Shown here: piece after piece, positions 30,127-38,082 of the stretch
How positions within the stretch are numbered: position 1 is the first letter of the stretch
Layout of the letters: every line of letters starts with the position of its first letter
Assembly (NCBI GenBank): GCA_964652195.1
Contig: CAZZBB010000012.1
Coordinates: 36,537-100,536 of the forward strand
DNA: 64,000 nucleotides
Direction: 5' to 3'
Origin: an uncultured bacterium
Lineage (GTDB): Bacteria; Poribacteria; WGA-4E; WGA-3G
Program-made: the position numbers and the translations under genes
The notes under the pieces: generated by a model
Seen by the model: only the letters and a program-made list of their open reading frames with translations
Database searches by the model: none
What the model was told of the DNA's origin: nothing

Positions 30127-30149
30127 ACACCTTTCGCACCGCTGGTGCT
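30127..30149. repeat. 23-bp repeat ACACCTTTCGCACCGCTGGTGCT, copy 3
   Basis: Tandem with copy 2 at a 51-bp period. Confidence 0.7.
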
Positions 30150-30426
30150 ACGGATTTAGTCAATAGTATTCTTTTTCGGAAAGTTTCATGTTGTGGTTTA
30201 ACTCATCAATTAATAAGTTCTTATCAAACAACAGTCTGGGGAATGGTATCAAACATTAACACCCAAGCACCCGTAGTTAGGGATGTGTCTAAACATAAAG
30301 AATAGACTTACAAGTCTTTGTTTAATTCTTAAAACTGTCCAAACTATAGTATAAATTAGAACATGTCTTATAAATCATACATTTGGGATTTTTTGATCTT
30401 GTCCATGTACTCCAGATTGAAACAAC

Positions 30427-30445
30427 GGACGGGGAGACCCCGTCC
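30427..30445. repeat. GC-rich hairpin repeat GGACGGGG-AGA-CCCCGTCC followed by CTACGA
   Basis: Perfect 8-bp stem. A second copy lies at 37836-37854 (GGACGGGGAAACCCCGTCCCTACGA). Confidence 0.6.
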
Positions 30446-30601
30446 CTACGAAGAGGAATTGAATTTGTATGGTCATTTCGTATTAGTGAGATACACTGTA
30501 GTTATATCTTATTGCTGAAGTTGGATATACGTATGATGGGTTCAACGCATCCAACTGTAAGCGGAGAAACATTCGAATATCTGATTAAAACTATAGACGA
30601 T

Positions 30602-31183
30602 TTATCGATTTTCAAAGGCAGTAATGTCTGCTTCGTATTGAAGTGTCCAACCAATTTCATCGAGTCCGTTTAGTAGACAGTACTTTTCAAAGTCGCCTAT
30701 CTCAAATGTGTGGGTAGTTCCATCAGGACAAATTACCGATTGTACTTCGAGGTCAATCATCAATTGATAGCCTTCTGTGTCTTGTGCTGCTTTGCTAAGT
30801 TCTGTGATGATATCTGCTGGTAATGAGACCGGTAGGATTCCATTCTTATAGCAATTGTTGCGGAAGATGTCTGCAAAGGAGGGTGCGAGAACGGCTTTAA
30901 ATCCGTATTGCTGAAGTGCCCAGGGGGCATGTTCACGAGAACTACCGCAACCGAAGTTTATTCCAGCGATGAGAATACTGGCGTCAGCATACTTGGGTTG
31001 GTTCAATATAAAATCTGGATTTGGATCACCGTTTTCAAGATACCGCCAATCGTTAAAGAGAAATTCACCGAATCCAGTACGTTCAATTCGTTTTAGGAAT
31101 TGTTTCGGGATAATCTGATCGGTATCAACATTAATTCGGTCAAGAGGTACGACGAATCCAACATGTTCTTTAAATGCTTCCAT
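30602..31183 (-). CDS. leuD: 3-isopropylmalate dehydratase small subunit
   Basis: Shows [17 protein letters not shown] and [12 protein letters not shown]. Confidence 0.9.
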   Translation of the reverse strand: MEAFKEHVGFVVPLDRINVDTDQIIPKQFLKRIERTGFGEFLFNDWRYLENGDPNPDFILNQPKYADASILIAGINFGCGSSREHAPWALQQYGFKAVLAPSFADIFRNNCYKNGILPVSLPADIITELSKAAQDTEGYQLMIDLEVQSVICPDGTTHTFEIGDFEKYCLLNGLDEIGWTLQYEADITAFENR

Positions 31184-31575
31184 TATAACACCTCAATGGG
31201 TTCTTTTCGTTTCCTTTCAGTTTGATCGAAGTCTGTATCGAAACTAATGAGTTGCATCTCATATTTCGCAGCGACAGCGTATTGGTATGCATCGTCAAAG
31301 TCAAGATTGAATTTATCTGCTATGCGTTCCAACGTTTTAAGATCTTCTGGGGATAATGATAGGATGCCAACTCCGTCAACAATTATGTCCTCAAGAAACG
31401 AATTAAAAAGCGTAAAATATTTCAATCGAAACAGAATAATCCCTATAGAATGTAGGGACAGATCCGTTATGTAGATTGTGCTCAAGTCGTTAATTTGTAA
31501 GAATGATTGGACATCATCCTTTTTGTCTTGTCCCAACAAAGCTTCAAGGAAGATGTTAGTATCTGCGAGGTACAC
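31183..31575 (-). CDS. PIN-domain toxin (VapC-like)
   Basis: [12 protein letters not shown] fits the PIN N-terminal Asp motif. A GTG start at 31575 follows GGAGG and overlaps the antitoxin stop as TAGTG; the ORF track extends to 31656. Its stop overlaps the leuD start. Confidence 0.6.
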   Translation of the reverse strand: MYLADTNIFLEALLGQDKKDDVQSFLQINDLSTIYITDLSLHSIGIILFRLKYFTLFNSFLEDIIVDGVGILSLSPEDLKTLERIADKFNLDFDDAYQYAVAAKYEMQLISFDTDFDQTERKRKEPIEVL

Positions 31576-31778
31576 TATTCCCTCCAATCTGACGCTTTTT
31601 TCTGAAGTTCGAGGGCTGTAAACTGGTCTCGAAACGCTTTTAATCCACCAATCCATTCTAAGTTTGGTTTTTTCTTCCGTTTTGAACTTTTTTTTGTATG
31701 TAAGAAATCAATGAAGTGAATGACTTCTTCTTGGAGTTCCGGAGGAAGTTCCCTAATTTTTTCAATGATAGATTCCAT
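31575..31778 (-). CDS. DUF2281-like antitoxin
   Basis: 67 aa. MESIIEKIRELPPELQEEVIHFIDFLHTKK matches the DUF2281 pattern. It is translationally coupled to the downstream PIN gene. Confidence 0.55.
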   Translation of the reverse strand: MESIIEKIRELPPELQEEVIHFIDFLHTKKSSKRKKKPNLEWIGGLKAFRDQFTALELQKKASDWRE

Positions 31779-31817
31779 TGTTGTCTCCGTATTTTTCAGG
31801 GTAGAGTGGACACAGGT

Positions 31818-31845
31818 ATTTTAAGCAAGCCTTTGACTTATCCAA
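31818..31845 (-). promoter_or_regulatory. Candidate sigma70-type promoter for the toxin-antitoxin pair
   Basis: Minus strand reads TTGGAT, 16 bp, TAAAAT, with GGAG 8 nt before the antitoxin ATG. The -35 box overlaps the leuC stop. Confidence 0.3.
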
Positions 31846-33238
31846 ACGTTCGTATGTCCACAAAATGTCCTGTTACAGCAGTTGCTGCAGCCATTTGTGG
31901 ACTAACAAGGTGTGTCCTTCCACCTTTACCTTGTCTACCCTCAAAGTTTCTGTTAGATGTGCTTGCACACCTTTGTCCTGGTGTCAGCGTGTCTGGATTC
32001 ATTCCAAGGCACATACTGCATCCTGCTTCTCTCCATTCGAAACCTGCTGATTGGAAGATCTCATCAAGTCCTTCTGCTTCAGCTTGCCGTTTGACGGCTT
32101 GTGAACCAGGCACAACCATTGCACTGACGGTGTCTGCGACCTTTCTACCTTTTGCCACCTCTGCGGCTGCCCGTAAATCACTAATACGAGAGTTGGTACA
32201 ACTACCAATAAAAACTCGATCAACTGGGATGTTGGTTATCGGTGTACCCGGTTTTAAATCCATATATTCTAATGCGTGTTCAGCTGCCCGTTTTTCATCT
32301 TGTGATTCCATTTTATCAGGATCTGGTACCTGTCCAGTAACATCGGTGACCATACCAGGATTTGTACCCCAAGTAATTTGGGGTGCTATATCGGCAGCAT
32401 CAAGAATAAGGGTTTTATCATAGGTTGCCCCGTCATCTGTTGGGAGTTGTTTCCAACGTTCAACTGCAGCATCAAATGCTTCGTCTTTAGGAGCGAAACG
32501 TTTTCCGGCAAGGTATTCATAGGTCGTGTCATCTGGTGCAATCATCCCTGCGCGAGCACCTGCTTCAATTGACATATTACATACAGTCATCCGTTCTTCA
32601 ATGCTAAGGGATCGTATAGTGGAACCTGTGTATTCAACTACAGCGCCATTTCCTCCATCAATACCGATATGTCCGATAATAGAGAGGATGATGTCTTTTG
32701 CTGTTACCCCATAAGGGAGTGTGCCGTCAACCCGGATTTCAAAGGTTTCTGATTTTTGTTGTAGTAAGCATTGTGTCGCAAGGACATGTTCAATTTCACT
32801 TGTTCCGATACCGAAAGCGAGTGCTCCTAAGGCACCATGTGTTGAGGTGTGGCTATCACCGCATACAATTGTCATGCCGGGTTGAGTGATGCCGAGTTCT
32901 GGACCAATGACGTGGACGATTCCTTGATCGGGACTGTTGATGTCGTAGAGAGGAATGTCAAACTCTTTACAGTTTTGTGATAGAGTCTCCATCTGCTTGG
33001 CAGCGATCAGGTCAGTAATAGGCAGCGACCTATCCGTCGTCGGTACGTTGTGATCCATAGTTGCGAAGGTTAACTCTGGTCTGCGTACTTTTCTGTTGTT
33101 GATTCGTAACCCTTCAAATGCTTGTGGGGATGTGACCTCGTGTACAAGGTGTGTGTCAATATATAGTATGGGAACTTCGTCTTCGGATGCTCGGACGAGA
33201 TGTGTGTCCCATATTTTTTCGTACATTGTTTTTTTCAT
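31838..33238 (-). CDS. leuC: 3-isopropylmalate dehydratase large subunit
   Basis: 466 aa with an aconitase-family Fe-S ligand region ([18 protein letters not shown]). Confidence 0.9.
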   Translation of the reverse strand: MKKTMYEKIWDTHLVRASEDEVPILYIDTHLVHEVTSPQAFEGLRINNRKVRRPELTFATMDHNVPTTDRSLPITDLIAAKQMETLSQNCKEFDIPLYDINSPDQGIVHVIGPELGITQPGMTIVCGDSHTSTHGALGALAFGIGTSEIEHVLATQCLLQQKSETFEIRVDGTLPYGVTAKDIILSIIGHIGIDGGNGAVVEYTGSTIRSLSIEERMTVCNMSIEAGARAGMIAPDDTTYEYLAGKRFAPKDEAFDAAVERWKQLPTDDGATYDKTLILDAADIAPQITWGTNPGMVTDVTGQVPDPDKMESQDEKRAAEHALEYMDLKPGTPITNIPVDRVFIGSCTNSRISDLRAAAEVAKGRKVADTVSAMVVPGSQAVKRQAEAEGLDEIFQSAGFEWREAGCSMCLGMNPDTLTPGQRCASTSNRNFEGRQGKGGRTHLVSPQMAAATAVTGHFVDIRTFG

Positions 33239-33957
33239 AATTTTTCTTTACCTTTAAATAACGAGCAGATCTCCCCTGACAACGGATAATTTCAAACCCT
33301 CTTGCTTCTAAATAGGGATAAACATGGCGATTTCGATAGTCGTAGGAGGCTTTTGTGATTTGATCGTAACTGGAATCAATAGCAAGGATTTTCAAGTCAA
33401 TGCGTCGTTTTATAGCGGGTTAGCGTTTTCATTTCTGGTGTTATAACTCTCTTTCATTAGCACGTTCAATCAAACGTTCAATCATTCGCTGCTCGACCTC
33501 AATTAGTGTGCATCCTATAGGTGTTCGGGCTTGCACTTCGTTAATTGCGCGTTTTTTGTCCAGTATCCCTAAGCCAAGAATACCCATATCATACTCGGGA
33601 CGTTGTCGAATACGCTCCGCAACCAACTCTGACTGTTGTTCAGGTGTCAATTGAATGAACGAAAACCGTGCGGGTTGGTTTTCCACCACTTCCCGTAAAG
33701 AGAGCCATTGCCCGTTGGGTGCCATTGCCACTGGACGGCTCCAATGGTCTTCGCGAGGTATCGGTGTGTCATTCGTCATAAATATTTCCTCAATACTGTG
33801 TGTTCAGAATCAAGATTATGCTGTCCACTACTTCATCGAGAGCAAATAATAGTAGTATCATACTATAAAAACACCCGAAAATCAACAAAAACGCATTCTT
33901 CAGAATTATTTAGTGTTGAGAATTTTCAGTGCTTTAGCATGGGTGTAAAGTCAATAT

Positions 33958-34266
33958 CTATAAATCCATTTTTAGTTGCTTTAGCATCTCAATTACTTCA
34001 TCTGCTACAAGGATATACAAACTCTTAGGATCAAACAGATAGTTTTTGAACAACAACCAACATATCTTTGACCAAGGGAGATCTGTGCTAAAGAAGCGTT
34101 GTATCGTGCGATAGCTACCTCCTTTTGATGTCCCCCGTGAGATATTTAACATGGTGACTTGACCAGTCATCGCAAGCAGTGCAAATACAACTTGGCATAA
34201 CTGGTGGATCATAGTAGTGGATAGACATGGATTAAGTACAGTAATTAATGCTATAATTCCTGGCAT
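33958..34266 (-). pseudogene. Possible DDE transposase N-terminal fragment (IS4/IS701-like)
   Basis: 102 aa. RGTSKGGSYRTIQRFFS...YILVADEVIE resembles the N-terminal region and first catalytic D stretch of IS4/IS701-type transposases. It is truncated. Recall-based. Confidence 0.3.
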
Positions 34267-34357
34267 GGGTGTGTGTCCTTTCTAAGTTACGATAAAGTTT
34301 TATGAAGATTAATTTTTTAATTCGGTAATTTTAGAGAAATATCCAAATCAACGGTAT

Positions 34358-34375
34358 GAATGCCTTAGGGCATTC
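34358..34375. repeat. GAATGCC-TTAG-GGCATTC hairpin repeat
   Basis: Perfect 7-bp stem. Part of a larger repeated intergenic module shared with 37790-37990. Confidence 0.5.
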
Positions 34376-34532
34376 CCCGCCTACCGGGTTTGGTAAATTA
34401 GAATTGCCGAAATATTTTCTTTATCTTCATAAAACTTTAGGACAGACACCCTTTTATTCAAGTATTTTTGGCGAAGGTATTGAAACAAAACTAATATTAA
34501 ATATGATTTAGAATTTACTAACAAGGAGTCAG

Positions 34533-36365
34533 ATGAAACGTTATTTTACCAGTATCGGCATTGCGATAATGTTCTTTACCTATTTCGGTTGTTCTTCAGA
34601 CGAAGAACCGGGAGATATGGATTCTATGATAGTGCCAGATCCAACCGAAGAAACAGTTGAAGTCGTAGAGGTAGAGGATGTTGTCCTACTTTCGGATGAT
34701 GTTGTGTTAGAAAATATGTCTGTGTCTGAGATCGCAGCCCTTGAAGATAAAACGCCTGTTCAGATTGTGACAGTGCTTGAAGGCACGCAGCGTGTTAGCA
34801 TTGCGGCCCGATTTCGGGGTGTACGCGATTTCGGGTATGAATTTCCGGTGTATGAGTGCGAGTTGATGTCCGAAGACATTGAGGATATGGGTGGTATTGC
34901 TGCCGGTATGTCAGGGAGTCCTGTTGGTGTACCTGGCAAAATTATGGGTGCGCTTGCTTACGGTAACAACTTCTCTGCGGCACCGACCCGTTTTTGGGTG
35001 ACACCGATTGACGCGATGGAGTCTGCGCGTGATCATCAAACATTTGGTGATGAGTTAGCGGAGCATCTTGCTGCGGCACCGTCTGGTGGGATAAACGCTG
35101 TGTACGCCCCCGTCAAAACCCCGCTTATGATTACGGGTTTAAAACCGAGTAGGCTTCGGCATCTTGAATCGCGTCTGAAAGGAACACGATTTGAGTATGT
35201 AGAAATTTTTGCTGATGTTGGTGGGGCGCCTGCGGCCCCTTCTGTTGATAGAGATCTATTGGCAGGTGATATGATCGGTGTTGCGATTGTGATAGGCGAT
35301 GTTGTCAATGCGATCGGTTTTGGCACAGTGACGCAAGTTTATGACGATGACACGTTCGTTGCGTTTGGGCATCCGTTTTCTGCGTTTGGCGATGGTAAAA
35401 CGTCAATGCCGGTCTATAGAGCGACTGTCAATGGGCTTGTGCCGAACTTACAAAACACCTATAAATCTGTGTCGGCTTATGGCGAACCGATTGGCACTGT
35501 TACCAAAGACCTTATCCCTGGGATTGTGGGTGAATTTGGTGATCCGCCCGAGATGATACCTGTCAATATCGAGTATAAGAGAAATAAGGACATCATCAAA
35601 AAATCGCATGAAGTTTCCTATGGCAACGAACTCTTTATACCGATCATCGCTGCTGTTACACAAGACGCCATCCGGTTAGAAACAAGTCCAACCACTATAG
35701 AGGCAACGATAGAACTGAGTTTCAAAGAGTCGCAGCAGCGTTATACAGAAACCTTTTTAAGTGCATCCCAAGACACTTGGTTTGACACACTGCAAAATAC
35801 CGAGAGGATTATTGGGGCTTTTACCGATCCGTTTTTAAACAAATCTGAAAAAGCTACGTTGACGTTGGTTGACATAACGATTGTTGAGAAACCGCAGATT
35901 ATGACAGCGACGATTCAGGAAGTGATTGCGCCTGACCAAATTGTGCGTGGCACGACGGCTACGATAACTGTTGTCCTGTTACCACACTGGAGTGCTGTAA
36001 TAGATGGTGATCGGAAGATAGAGAAGCAGGTAACGCTTTCGGTGCCTTCGGATTATCCGTTAGGTGATGCGTGGATCAGTGTTTTCTCTGAAGATACGGA
36101 TAACTTCTTTTTTGATTTTGATTTTGATTTTGACCTTGACCTTGATGTTGACTCCGATTTTGGACCTTTCCCAGAGGACCTTGACGAACTGATTGAACAG
36201 ATGGAAGAGAACCAGAAAGGATCTGCTGGACTCATCACCGTTGTTTTGTCAGAAGATATTGTTTTCCCTGACGATTTTATTTTTGATGAACCGCAAAACG
36301 AAGTGACACTTGATGATTTTATTGTCACGGGTTCTGAACATGATTTGGTTGAGATTACAGAGTAA
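34533..36365 (+). CDS. Lipoprotein with peptidase S55 (SpoIVB-like) serine-protease motif and C-terminal acidic (FD)n repeat
   Basis: Lipobox: signal then FGCSS. GIAAGMSGSPVGVPGKIMGALAYG matches the SpoIVB active-site Ser region (recall-based). The C-terminus is FDFDFDFDLDLDVDSDF. Confidence 0.5.
   Translation: MKRYFTSIGIAIMFFTYFGCSSDEEPGDMDSMIVPDPTEETVEVVEVEDVVLLSDDVVLENMSVSEIAALEDKTPVQIVTVLEGTQRVSIAARFRGVRDFGYEFPVYECELMSEDIEDMGGIAAGMSGSPVGVPGKIMGALAYGNNFSAAPTRFWVTPIDAMESARDHQTFGDELAEHLAAAPSGGINAVYAPVKTPLMITGLKPSRLRHLESRLKGTRFEYVEIFADVGGAPAAPSVDRDLLAGDMIGVAIVIGDVVNAIGFGTVTQVYDDDTFVAFGHPFSAFGDGKTSMPVYRATVNGLVPNLQNTYKSVSAYGEPIGTVTKDLIPGIVGEFGDPPEMIPVNIEYKRNKDIIKKSHEVSYGNELFIPIIAAVTQDAIRLETSPTTIEATIELSFKESQQRYTETFLSASQDTWFDTLQNTERIIGAFTDPFLNKSEKATLTLVDITIVEKPQIMTATIQEVIAPDQIVRGTTATITVVLLPHWSAVIDGDRKIEKQVTLSVPSDYPLGDAWISVFSEDTDNFFFDFDFDFDLDLDVDSDFGPFPEDLDELIEQMEENQKGSAGLITVVLSEDIVFPDDFIFDEPQNEVTLDDFIVTGSEHDLVEITE
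36109..36160 (+). repeat. Hexanucleotide tandem repeat (TTTGAT/CCTTGA)n inside the CDS
   Basis: tttgattttgattttgattttgaccttgaccttgatgttgac, encoding FDFDFDFDLDLDVD. Confidence 0.8.
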
Positions 36366-36420
36366 TCTGTATCTGGGACGAAACCACATCAAAGAGCGGA
36401 GAATTGAATATCTGACCAAG

Positions 36421-37599
36421 TCACTCAAAAGGTTGCAACATACCATCTTTTACAATCAGTGCTTTCTGTTCATACACAGCATCTCCATCAGCATTAAATG
36501 AGAATTTTCCAAAAATCGTGTCTAAGTTGCTGGTATTTGCTAAAGCGTCTCTGATTGAGATTGAGTCTATTACTTCGGCATTCTTAATTGCTTCTGTCAA
36601 AATGTGGACGGACGTATAAGATGCTGCTGCAAAGACATCTGGAATCATGCCAAAGGTTGTGTGATACTTATCAACAAATGCCTGATTCCCCGGTGTGTCA
36701 TCTGTGGGAAGCCAACCAATAAAGGTTATTACACCTTCAGCAGCAGGACCTGCAGCTGTTACATCAGTATTGGTTAATGAACTCATGATCATGGGAACGG
36801 ATATGCCGAGTGTTTGTGCTTGGATTAGGATTGGTGCTTTTTCTGGTGGCAGAGCAGAGATGAAGATAGCATCGGGTTCCAACTCATTTATCCGATTTAA
36901 TTGTGCTGTGAAATCTGTATCACCACCCTTGAAAATTTCCGTGGTTATTACCTCAATATTGATGTCACTTAATGCTTCGCGTAATGCATCGTTTCGGTCC
37001 GTAGAGAATACATCAGTTTCATCATACATTGTAGCTACGCGTTCATAAGCGAGTTTCGCGTGTGTGGTTTTAACACCATTAAGTGCTAAGACATTCGAGG
37101 CGAGAGGAATTCGAAAGAGGAAATCTCCTAATGCACTTAAACCCCTTGACCCCGACGTTGGGCTAATCGCGACAGTTTGATTCTCTTGTGCGACTGGGAA
37201 TGCCAACTTAGTAGCACTTGAGGTTGCGGGACCGAGAATAACAAATACACCGTCTTCGTGAATTAGTTTATTGAAAGCATCAACTGCAGCAGGTGGCGAA
37301 CTCATACTGTCTTCAAGGATTGGTTTGAGTATGGTGTTATTGAGTTGAGTACTGTTAATTTCATCAAATGCTAGTTCAAATCCCTGCCTCATGCGTTCAC
37401 CGGAAGCAGTTAAGTGTCCTGTTAGCGGTAAAACAACTCCGATAGTAATTTCGGTACTCTTATCATCTGCTTGTTGGGTTGGAGGTTGAGTAATTTGTGT
37501 TATTCGTTCGCATGCTGAAAAACATATCAACAAGGCTGCAATTGTCGTTAAAATAAAAATAGATTTCAAATTATTGATCCTTTTAATGTGTTTTTTCAT
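36421..37599 (-). CDS. ABC transporter substrate-binding lipoprotein, branched-chain amino acid (LivJ/K, Peripla_BP_6) family
   Basis: Lipobox ICFSAC. ITIGVVLPLTGHLTASGERMRQGFELA and GVFVILGPATSSAT match the family. No permease or ATPase genes are adjacent. Confidence 0.75.
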   Translation of the reverse strand: MKKHIKRINNLKSIFILTTIAALLICFSACERITQITQPPTQQADDKSTEITIGVVLPLTGHLTASGERMRQGFELAFDEINSTQLNNTILKPILEDSMSSPPAAVDAFNKLIHEDGVFVILGPATSSATKLAFPVAQENQTVAISPTSGSRGLSALGDFLFRIPLASNVLALNGVKTTHAKLAYERVATMYDETDVFSTDRNDALREALSDINIEVITTEIFKGGDTDFTAQLNRINELEPDAIFISALPPEKAPILIQAQTLGISVPMIMSSLTNTDVTAAGPAAEGVITFIGWLPTDDTPGNQAFVDKYHTTFGMIPDVFAAASYTSVHILTEAIKNAEVIDSISIRDALANTSNLDTIFGKFSFNADGDAVYEQKALIVKDGMLQPFE

Positions 37600-37635
37600 T
37601 TATTATGTCTTGTGGGATGGTGATATAATCCGATG

Positions 37636-37742
37636 TAATGCAGATTAAATATACCAAAATAATTCAGGTATGTCAAATTCAAAGTATGGATTATTCAAAT
37701 GCTTTTGCTACAGTTGAATGGGATGAACTATAATCTGCATTA
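37636..37742. promoter_or_regulatory. 12-bp perfect inverted repeat TAATGCAGATTA ... TAATCTGCATTA enclosing about 83 nt, in the 5' region of the SBP gene
   Basis: Seen directly, at 37636-37647 and 37731-37742. Confidence 0.25.
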
Positions 37743-37835
37743 ATGACTTAATACAAATGGGTTTTTTGATGGTGTTATTATACGGTATGAATGACATATA
37801 TAGATTATAGATTAATTTTTAACTCGGTCATATAC

Positions 37836-37854
37836 GGACGGGGAAACCCCGTCC
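37836..37854. repeat. GC-rich hairpin repeat GGACGGGG-AAA-CCCCGTCC followed by CTACGA (second copy)
   Basis: Matches 30427-30445. It is embedded in a composite intergenic repeat that also has a degenerate GAACGC..GCATTC module at 37922-37939. Confidence 0.6.
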
Positions 37855-38082
37855 CTACGATAATTTTATAGGCTGGATTACCGAAATATTTTCTTAAACT
37901 CTATAAGTCATTCCCGGGTATGAACGCTATTTAGCATTCACCGTGTTAGAAACCGCACTTACCGGGGCTATAAGAGTATTAATTTTGAAAGATAGAAGTT
38001 CATATAACTATTATCATACTCCGGTTAATGTACTGATATCAAAGTTGTCAGGTCTATAGGTTATTTACCTTAGATCATAAAT

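Larger units (their letters stand above)
30028..30351. mobile_element. MITE-like element with 21-bp terminal inverted repeats
   Basis: TACTATAGTTTGGACAATTTT at 30028-30048 is matched by AAAACTGTCCAAACTATAGTA at 30331-30351 (20 of 21). The interior carries two tandem copies of the 23-bp repeat. Confidence 0.4.

Noticed and set aside
30076-30149. Two 23-bp direct repeats with a 28-bp spacer resembling a minimal CRISPR array
   Set aside because: Only two tandem units. No cas genes nearby. The same repeat is dispersed singly elsewhere (25284, 59207). A REP-like or MITE component is a better explanation.
31716-32423. 235-aa plus-strand ORF antisense to leuC
   Set aside because: leuC identity is unambiguous. 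The antisense ORF is Ser/Cys/Pro-rich noise.
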